The translations under genes and the position numbers were made by a program. DNA of 10,957 bases from a candidate division WOR-3 bacterium (GTDB taxonomy: Bacteria > Hydrothermota > Tepidihabitantia > SM23-42 > JAOAFX01), in contig JBDRWI010000068.1 of the NCBI GenBank assembly GCA_039802265.1, positions 1 through 10,957 on the forward strand. The letters are read 5' to 3'. Position 1 is the first letter of the stretch, and each line of letters starts with the position of its first letter. This document shows, piece by piece, positions 1 to 6,035 of the stretch. Under the pieces are notes generated by a model. That model was not told where the DNA came from. It saw only the letters and a list, made by a program, of their open reading frames with translations, and searched no databases.

Positions 1-239
1 TCTTTTAATATCTTCCCATATGGATTATCCATTAGCAAATGTCCAAGATTTTCCATTTCTCTTATATTTTTATGGAATTGATAACTCATCAAAAATGCCT
101 TGCTCCGCCTGTTGGTCAGTGCCAGTTCATATAACTTTTTAAAAAACAGCGCCCAGGACCAGATAGAGAAAATAACTAAAATAATCATTATTATCTGGGC
201 AGCAAGTCCGGATTCAATGAAGACACGGAATATATTCAC
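1..239 (-). CDS. tolQ: TolQ (MotA/TolQ/ExbB proton-channel family), N-terminal part; runs off left edge
   Basis: Not in the ORF track. GTG at 239-237 overlaps the cpoB TGA (GTGA coupling). Manual translation MNIFRVFIESGLAAQIIMIILVIFSIWSWALFFKKLYELALTNRRSKAFLMSYQFHKNIREMENLGHLLMDNPYGKILK is open to the edge. The first TM helix with S-I-W-S-W is TolQ-like, and the gene lies next to pal/cpoB. Confidence 0.85.
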   Translation of the reverse strand, partial: MNIFRVFIESGLAAQIIMIILVIFSIWSWALFFKKLYELALTNRRSKAFLMSYQFHKNIREMENLGHLLMDNPYGKILK

Positions 240-973
240 TTTTTCAACCTTTCTTTTGCAAGTGAGGCTTCAGGGGCATTGGGAAACTCCTGAATTACCC
301 TTTCAAAATATGTCTTTGCAGTCTTGGTATCTTTTGCCTCCTCGTAAATTATACCGATTTTATACAAGGCGGTGGGGCGTTTGTTACTCTGGGGATATTT
401 GTTAATTAACTCATTGAAGGTATCAACTGCATCCTGGCGTTTGCCCAAAGAGTAATAACATTCCCCGATCCAGTATAATGCATTATCCGAGAGCGGGGAA
501 TCAGGGGTAACTTTCAAATAAGAACGAAATCCAGTTATTGCCTCACTATAATTGCCTTTCACATAATTAAGATAAGCAGATTCATAGATCATCCTTGCTT
601 CAGGAGTTACTGAAGAAATATCTTCGGAGTCACTTACTACTTTTTTGCCCCGTGATAATCTTTCATTTATCTGGGTTAATTGTGATTCCTGTTCACTCAA
701 CCTTGTATTTAACATTTCAAGTTTTTCGGCGAGTTCTTCAGATTTTGTATAATAGTCAGTGCGCAGTTGTGCTATCTCTCTTGATTGTTCCTCCAGGATG
801 CTATCAAATTTTGTTGTGTAGTACCTTAGACTATCCATCTGCCAGTTGAAATTATTGAAACGCGTACGATTGAAGCAACCAAAACCACAAAGAAACATAA
901 GAGGAATAATAGGATATAAGGGATTTACAGGGGATATCATGAGTAAAAGTTTAGATTGCCCTTTATTCCTCAT
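236..973 (-). CDS. cpoB: Tol-Pal system protein CpoB/YbgF (coiled coil + C-terminal TPRs), probable lipoprotein
   Basis: N-terminal coiled coil, then a TPR region (YESAYLNYVKGNYSEAITGF...PDSPLSDNALYWIGECYY...YPQSNKRPTALYKIG...FPNAPEASLAKERL). Lies directly downstream of pal. AGGGGA SD precedes ATG 973. Lipobox-like GFGC (C33). Confidence 0.9.
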   Translation of the reverse strand: MRNKGQSKLLLMISPVNPLYPIIPLMFLCGFGCFNRTRFNNFNWQMDSLRYYTTKFDSILEEQSREIAQLRTDYYTKSEELAEKLEMLNTRLSEQESQLTQINERLSRGKKVVSDSEDISSVTPEARMIYESAYLNYVKGNYSEAITGFRSYLKVTPDSPLSDNALYWIGECYYSLGKRQDAVDTFNELINKYPQSNKRPTALYKIGIIYEEAKDTKTAKTYFERVIQEFPNAPEASLAKERLKK

Positions 974-993
974 AATATCCCCTGATATCCCTT
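918..993 (-). repeat. Long imperfect inverted repeat (16 bp + 7 bp stem) covering the cpoB SD and start codon
   Basis: On the mRNA, CAGGGGAUAUUAUGAG (984-969) pairs with CUCAUGAUAUCCCCUG (943-928) with one G.U pair. After a 2x3 internal loop, AAGGGAU (993-987) pairs with AUCCCUU (924-918). The terminal loop is 25 nt. Confidence 0.8.
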
Positions 994-1014
994 GATTTTT
1001 CCTTTTTTCACTTC

Positions 1015-1485
1015 TTATTTCATTATTGTAAATTCACAACGTCGGTTTCTTTCTAATACCTTCGGGTCTAAAGGTCTTTCTTCACCATAACTCACCGTAG
1101 ATAATCTATCCGATGCAATCCCCAACATGATTAGATAATCCCTTGCTGATTTTGCCCTGCGCTCTCCGAGAGCCATATTATACTCGGCAGTTCCGATCTC
1201 ACAGCAGTGTCCTTCTATTATTATTTTTACTTCCGGATATAATTTCAGAATCTCGGCATTCTTTTTCAGAGTTTCGGCTGCATCTTTTCTAATATCGGAT
1301 TTATCAAAGTCAAAGAATATTCGCTCCAATACCAGGGCGGGCTTGGTTTCTATAATCGTAGTCTCAGGTGGCGCAGTAATTACTTCTGGAGGAGTTTCAA
1401 CCGGCTTTACCGCCTGCTTCTTGGGACAGCCAAGGAAAACAATAGCGATTAATATTATTGGTAATGTTAATTTAAAGAAACGCAT
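1015..1485 (-). CDS. pal: Peptidoglycan-associated lipoprotein Pal (OmpA-like domain)
   Basis: Lipobox FLGC (C20), Pro-rich linker, and OmpA-like motifs IFFDFDKSDIR, IEGHC, EYNMALGERRA, SYGEERP, NRR. Start placed at ATG 1485 because AAGGAGG precedes it; ATG 1500 is an in-frame alternative. Confidence 0.92.
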   Translation of the reverse strand: MRFFKLTLPIILIAIVFLGCPKKQAVKPVETPPEVITAPPETTIIETKPALVLERIFFDFDKSDIRKDAAETLKKNAEILKLYPEVKIIIEGHCCEIGTAEYNMALGERRAKSARDYLIMLGIASDRLSTVSYGEERPLDPKVLERNRRCEFTIMK

Positions 1486-1506
1486 TATGCCTCCTTCCAT
1501 AGGTTA

Positions 1507-1534
1507 ATTATATTAAAATTGCATTCAAAGTCAA
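1507..1534 (-). promoter_or_regulatory. sigma70-like promoter for pal-cpoB-tolQ
   Basis: TTGACT (1534-1529), 16-nt spacer, TATAAT (1512-1507); predicted TSS near 1500. Confidence 0.75.
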
Positions 1535-1558
1535 GAAAAATCTGGTTTAAGGGTAGGA

Positions 1559-2557
1559 CTATTGGATCATCAAAATAGATGAACCAGAAACCTTTGAATG
1601 TTTTATGTTCATTAGTGCCTGATTTGCATCTTCTAAGCGATATTCATTTATCTCAGTCTTAATCTTGAATTCCTGTGCAAGATTCAAAAACTCCCTTACA
1701 TTCTGCCGTGATGTATGGGCAACTGATGTAAGGGTCTTTTCTGGATAGATATGAGAATAATCAAAACCTGGTAGCGGTGTAGTATAAATGCCGGCGGAAA
1801 CGACGATTCCCCCTTTATTAATCTTCTTTAATGCCTTCACCAGAAGTTCCCCACTTGGAGCAAAGACAATTACGGCATCAAGCAATGTCCCCATATCATC
1901 ATCAATCCTGCCGGTCCATCTTGCGCCAAGTTTTTCAGCGAGTTTTAGTTCCTTTTCAGTCCGTGATACAACATAGGCATCTATACCGAGATGAACACAA
2001 ACCTGGAGTAAGATATGGGCACTTGAGCCGAAACCGAACAAACCCAATCTTCCGGAGTTTTTCAATCCCGTTGCCTTGAATGCCTGATAGCCAATGACCC
2101 CGGCACATAGGAGGGGGGCTACTTCTCTGTCGCTATAATTTTCGGGAAGCGAATAGGCAAATTCTTCATCAACAATCACATATTCCGCAAATCCTCCATC
2201 TGCATCATAGCCCGTAAACATCGGGTTATCGCAGAGGTTCTCTCTATCCATTTTACAGTATTTACACCTACCGCAGGTCTTATACAACCATGGTACACCG
2301 AGTCTATCGCCAAATTCGTATTTTTTTGCGTCTTTACCGAGTTGATCAACCCTGCCAACAATCTGATGCCCCGGGACAACCGGCATCTTATGCGCTGGTA
2401 ATTCACCTTCAACGATATGCAAATCAGTCCGGCATACTCCGCAGACACTTATCCTTAATCTAATTTCAGTTCCCGCCGGCTCTGGTGCCGGAATATCCTC
2501 CAATTTTAAAGGAAGGGCTTCAATCCGGTCCTGTTTTTTTAAAACCATTGCCTTCAT
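1559..2557 (-). CDS. Zinc-dependent alcohol dehydrogenase (MDR superfamily, AdhP/CAD-like)
   Basis: Catalytic Zn motifs GVCRTDLH and GHQIVG, structural Zn CGRCKYCKMDRENLC, APLLCAG, and Rossmann motif GLFGFGSSAH. Confidence 0.93.
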   Translation of the reverse strand: MKAMVLKKQDRIEALPLKLEDIPAPEPAGTEIRLRISVCGVCRTDLHIVEGELPAHKMPVVPGHQIVGRVDQLGKDAKKYEFGDRLGVPWLYKTCGRCKYCKMDRENLCDNPMFTGYDADGGFAEYVIVDEEFAYSLPENYSDREVAPLLCAGVIGYQAFKATGLKNSGRLGLFGFGSSAHILLQVCVHLGIDAYVVSRTEKELKLAEKLGARWTGRIDDDMGTLLDAVIVFAPSGELLVKALKKINKGGIVVSAGIYTTPLPGFDYSHIYPEKTLTSVAHTSRQNVREFLNLAQEFKIKTEINEYRLEDANQALMNIKHSKVSGSSILMIQ

Positions 2558-2564
2558 ATTATCT

Positions 2565-2592
2565 ATTATACTTAGAATTTCCAGATAGGCAA
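2565..2592 (-). promoter_or_regulatory. sigma70-like promoter for adh (probably leaderless transcript)
   Basis: TTGCCT (2592-2587), 16-nt spacer, TATAAT (2570-2565), then 7 nt to ATG 2557; no SD. Confidence 0.65.
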
Positions 2593-2631
2593 TACCACGC
2601 CGATGTCTTCTAATTGCCCTGTTTTAAAGCA

Positions 2632-2659
2632 TTGACACACTTTAAAAATAGAATATTAT
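2632..2659 (+). promoter_or_regulatory. sigma70-like promoter for ABC permease pair (probably leaderless transcript)
   Basis: TTGACA (2632-2637), 16-nt spacer, TATTAT (2654-2659), then 5 nt to ATG 2665; no SD. Confidence 0.65.
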
Positions 2660-2664
2660 TTAAT

Positions 2665-3606
2665 ATGGCGCGGCGATTCAAGTTTACCCCTTATCTCTTT
2701 TTATTACCTGCCCTCCTTGTGATTTTTATCTTCCGTCTCTACCCAATAATCCAGGCTATAAGGATGAGTTTTTATAAATGGTCTATTGCCGGGCCATTGA
2801 AGTTTATCTGGTTTAAGAACTATTTGAGACTCTTTATTGACCCCAAATTCTATCAATCACTGAGCAACACATTCTGGTACGTCATTGGTGTCGTGCCGCC
2901 AACAATTGCATTATCTGTAATTATTGCCTATCTTTTGAATCAGAAAATAAAAGGGCAGGGTGTTTACCGCACTGTCTATTATTTACCGGTGGTTACTTCT
3001 ATTGTGGCAATCAGTGTGGTATGGCGCTGGATATTCAATCCGGACCGGGGGCTTTTCAATGCAATACTTGGTCTTTTCGGAATCACCGGCCTGCGATGGT
3101 TAAATGATTCAAGAGGAGTCTTTGAGATTATCCTTGCCCATTTAGGGATTCACCTTAATGGTTTCTTTGCCGGACCATCAATTGCCCTCTGTGCCTTGAT
3201 AATTATGGCAGTATGGCACAATCTCGGTTATTGTATTATTATTGCCCTGGCTGGATTGCAGAATATCCCCGCCCAGTATTATGAGGCAGCAAGACTTGAT
3301 GGGGCAAATAACTGGAATCTATTCTGGCGTATTACAATCCCCATCCTCTCGCCCACAATATTCTATTTATTAATCACCCAATCAATCATTGCCTTTAACA
3401 CATTTACCCCGGTCTATGTGATGACCCAGCCACCGGGTGGTCCCTTGGGCACAACCAGCCTTGTCGTCTATTATCTTTACGAACAGTCATTTAGACTGTG
3501 GAACTTAGGTTATGCCAATGCCATTGCCTTTGTCCTGTTTATTATTATCTTTCTGTTAACCCAGTTTCAGAAACGATTCATTGAACAGTGGGTTTACTAT
3601 GAATAA
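2665..3606 (+). CDS. Carbohydrate ABC transporter permease 1 (CUT1, UgpA/MalF-like)
   Basis: PYLFLLPA start, multiple TM helices, EAA loop YYEAARLDGAN, ITIPILSP, LGYANAIA. Start moved from the track's TTG 2614 to ATG 2665 because the extension contains the promoter. Confidence 0.93.
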   Translation: MARRFKFTPYLFLLPALLVIFIFRLYPIIQAIRMSFYKWSIAGPLKFIWFKNYLRLFIDPKFYQSLSNTFWYVIGVVPPTIALSVIIAYLLNQKIKGQGVYRTVYYLPVVTSIVAISVVWRWIFNPDRGLFNAILGLFGITGLRWLNDSRGVFEIILAHLGIHLNGFFAGPSIALCALIIMAVWHNLGYCIIIALAGLQNIPAQYYEAARLDGANNWNLFWRITIPILSPTIFYLLITQSIIAFNTFTPVYVMTQPPGGPLGTTSLVVYYLYEQSFRLWNLGYANAIAFVLFIIIFLLTQFQKRFIEQWVYYE

Positions 3607-4429
3607 GGGAAGGTTGAATAAAGGTAAAGTATTTGTCCACATAATCTTAATATTCGGTGCATTATGGATGCTTTTGCCTTTCTTCTGGATGGTTTCCACG
3701 TCACTTAAGGACCAGAATGAGGCATTAAGATTTCCCCCCACATTGCTTCCTGAACGATTTCTCTTCCGCAACTTTATTGAGGCATTCCGAGAGGTCAATT
3801 TTACCCGGTACTTTATCAATACAATAATTATGACCTTCGGTACCACCCTGCTTGTTTATATTACCACAATCCTTGCGGCATACGCCTTCGCCCGTTTGCA
3901 ATTTTATGGGCGTGATTTTCTGTTCACCCTATTTCTGGCGATGATGATGGTGCCAATGCCGGTCTATCTTGCGCCCAGTTATGTCATCCTGAGCACCCTC
4001 AAATGGATTGATACCTTTGCTGCCCTGATCATCCCCTGGAGTGTGAACATTTTTGCTGTCTTTCTTTTAAGACAGCACTTCAAGACCCTGCCCCGGGATT
4101 TATTTGATGCGGCCAAGATAGATGGACTGAATCATCTGCAGATTCTCTGGTATATAATCCTGCCATTATCAAAGCCGGTTCTGGTAACCATTGGAATATT
4201 TGAGATTATTTCCAACTGGAATTCATTCTTATGGCCCCTAATTGTAACCCATTCAGATTCAATGCGCACCATCCAGACCGGACTTGCCTACTTTGCCCAG
4301 GCTGAATCCACAAACTATCCCCTGCTTTGTGCGGCATCTACATTTACCACATTACCCTTAATTATTATGTATTTCTTTGTCCAGCGTCAGATTATGGAAT
4401 CTTATGCACGAACCGGCTTGAAGGAATAG
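3599..4429 (+). CDS. Carbohydrate ABC transporter permease 2 (CUT1, UgpE/MalG-like)
   Basis: PFFWMVSTSLK, AAYAFARLQF, EAA loop LFDAAKIDG, WNSFLWPLIV, FFVQRQ. ATG 3599 overlaps the upstream stop (ATGAATAA). Confidence 0.93.
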   Translation: MNKGRLNKGKVFVHIILIFGALWMLLPFFWMVSTSLKDQNEALRFPPTLLPERFLFRNFIEAFREVNFTRYFINTIIMTFGTTLLVYITTILAAYAFARLQFYGRDFLFTLFLAMMMVPMPVYLAPSYVILSTLKWIDTFAALIIPWSVNIFAVFLLRQHFKTLPRDLFDAAKIDGLNHLQILWYIILPLSKPVLVTIGIFEIISNWNSFLWPLIVTHSDSMRTIQTGLAYFAQAESTNYPLLCAASTFTTLPLIIMYFFVQRQIMESYARTGLKE

Positions 4430-4441
4430 GGTAAGTGGACT

Positions 4442-4645
4442 ATGCAGGAAGGTTACCAGGTTGAATGGCATTCAGGAAAAGATGCCCGGACCTATCCAAA
4501 ACGAATAAAGGTCAAAGGAATCTGGCGCGAGGTCTTTAGTTTTAAAAAGGAGATTAGAGAAGACATTTCCACCCGAAGGCGAATTGTGATCTTCTATTGC
4601 GATATTGGGGACAATGAAATAATCAAGGTTAAGGAAACATTATAG
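4442..4645 (+). CDS. Small hypothetical protein (67 aa, beta-rich, basic)
   Basis: ATG 12 nt after the permease stop, with a GGA-containing upstream region. Fills the gap up to the tRNA promoter. No family assigned with confidence. Confidence 0.6.
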   Translation: MQEGYQVEWHSGKDARTYPKRIKVKGIWREVFSFKKEIREDISTRRRIVIFYCDIGDNEIIKVKETL

Positions 4646-4673
4646 TTGACTTTTCTTGTAAATTCAGTAAAAT
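4646..4673 (+). promoter_or_regulatory. sigma70-like promoter for tRNA-Val (and possibly the downstream operon)
   Basis: TTGACT (4646-4651), 16-nt spacer, TAAAAT (4668-4673), 17 nt upstream of the tRNA. Confidence 0.7.
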
Positions 4674-4690
4674 ATACCATGCCAAAGATA

Positions 4691-4766
4691 GGGCGGTTAG
4701 CTCAGTTCTGGTTAGAGCGTCTGCTTGACATGCAGGAGGTCACCCGTTCAAGTCGGGTACCGCCCA
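4691..4766 (+). tRNA. tRNA-Val(GAC), CCA not encoded
   Basis: Cloverleaf: acceptor GGGCGGT/ACCGCCC, D stem GCTC/GAGC, anticodon stem TCTGC/GCAGG with loop TTGACAT (GAC 4727-4729), T stem ACCCG/CGGGT with loop TTCAAGT, discriminator A4766. Confidence 0.97.
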
Positions 4767-4899
4767 TTTACCTTTATTACGAATTCCGAAATTTGAAACA
4801 GATTCTGATATCCTGGATTTTAAGGTATAGTTATTGGGTTGAAGTCATAAGGCTGGTTTGGTTAAAAGAGGCCGGCAACCCAACCAGGCCTCGGTAATT

Positions 4900-5601
4900 A
4901 TGGAAGAGGTCCTTGAACTGCTGATGAGAATAAAGGACCTTGATGAGGAGATAAATAAGAACAGACATGAGTTAAACGAAATACCCAATCTCATTTCAAA
5001 ACTTCAGAGAGATATTGACCGGGCAAACAATCAATTAAATCAAAGCAAGAATCGTCTTTCAGAAATTAAAAAGTTATTCAAACTAAAAGAGGGTGATATT
5101 GCAGAGAATGAATCAAAGATCGAAAAATTGAATCAGCAGATGCATTCAGTAAAGACAAATGAAGAATACCGGGCAATGATAAAAGAAATAGAGTATTTAA
5201 AGAATACCAATCGTAAGATAGAAGATGAAATGATAGAACTCCTGGAGGAAGAAGAAAGACTCACAAACGGAATAACAAAACTGGAGCAGGATACCAGAAG
5301 GCTGAACAATGAGAAGATAAAAGAAATTGAGGAACTCAAAAAAAGGCGTGAAGAGCTTAACGAAAGGCAGAAGATTGCAGAATCCACATTTCAGGACCAG
5401 ATTACCAGATTACCTGCGGATGTCAGGGCAATATACAATCGGATTGTTAAGGTCCGCACACAACCGATATGTGTGGTAAGCAATGAGGGGGTGTGCACGG
5501 GATGTTTTTTTAATCTCACCCCCCAGACCCTGAATGAGTTGAAGCAGAAAAACCACCTTGTGCTCTGTGATAATTGTGGACGCATTCTGATTTATGAGTA
5601 G
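4900..5601 (+). CDS. Coiled-coil protein with C-terminal C4-type zinc ribbon (CT398/HP0958-like)
   Basis: Long coiled-coil hairpin with VKTNEEYRAM turn and C-terminal CTGC...CDNCGRILIY. ATG 4900 (MEEVLELL...D) fits the family N-terminus better than TTG 4858. Confidence 0.88.
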   Translation: MEEVLELLMRIKDLDEEINKNRHELNEIPNLISKLQRDIDRANNQLNQSKNRLSEIKKLFKLKEGDIAENESKIEKLNQQMHSVKTNEEYRAMIKEIEYLKNTNRKIEDEMIELLEEEERLTNGITKLEQDTRRLNNEKIKEIEELKKRREELNERQKIAESTFQDQITRLPADVRAIYNRIVKVRTQPICVVSNEGVCTGCFFNLTPQTLNELKQKNHLVLCDNCGRILIYE

Positions 5602-6034
5602 CAATGATTATGTCATTTTTGTTGATGGTTCATCGCGGGGAAATCCAGGGCCAGCCGGGATTGGGATTGTAGTATTCAATGGAAAAGACCCATCAAATCC
5701 AATTAAGGAAATTGCCAGGCCAATTGGTTATGCAACAAACAACATTGCTGAATATGAGGCGCTCATCTATGCCCTAAAATGGCTATTGAACAATCAATCT
5801 GCGACAGCGCTGATAAAGATGGATTCGTCTTTGGTCTATAATCAACTTATGGGTAATTACCGTATCAAATCGCCGGAGATGGCAAGACTTGTAAGGCGTA
5901 TCCAAATACTAAAAGACAAGCTGCAGAGTATTTCCTTTGAGCTCATTCCCCGCAGTGAAAATAAACGGGCAAATCGCCTGGCACAGCAGGTAACCAAAAA
6001 AATCTCTGAAGCAGCAAAATTACGGAAAAGTTGA
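5594..6034 (+). CDS. rnhA: Ribonuclease HI family protein (short archaeal/actinobacterial-like type)
   Basis: DGSSRGNPGPAGIG (D11), TNNIAEYEAL (E53), MDSSLVYNQ (D77), IPRSENKRANRLA. 8-nt overlap with the upstream gene. Confidence 0.88.
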   Translation: MSSNDYVIFVDGSSRGNPGPAGIGIVVFNGKDPSNPIKEIARPIGYATNNIAEYEALIYALKWLLNNQSATALIKMDSSLVYNQLMGNYRIKSPEMARLVRRIQILKDKLQSISFELIPRSENKRANRLAQQVTKKISEAAKLRKS

Positions 6035-6035
6035 A

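Noticed and set aside
100..849. Plus-strand ORFs 100..405 and 595..849
   Set aside because: Antisense shadows of tolQ and cpoB with no recognisable motifs.
1788..2448. ORFs 1788..1976, 1831..2079 and 2176..2448
   Set aside because: Nested in or antisense to the well-supported adh gene; no independent signals.
2614..2664. TTG-start N-terminal extension of permease 1
   Set aside because: Spans the TTGACA/TATTAT promoter; ATG 2665 is more plausible.
3599..3628. Apparent 15-nt tandem duplication (MNKGR/LNKGK) at the start of permease 2
   Set aside because: Only 10/15 identity in purine-rich sequence; could be chance.
4691..4766. tRNA-Val as an integration site for a genomic island
   Set aside because: No integrase, no duplicated tRNA 3' end noticed, and the flanking genes are housekeeping-type.
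4646..4897. 83-aa ORF
   Set aside because: Overlaps the tRNA-Val gene and its promoter; spurious.
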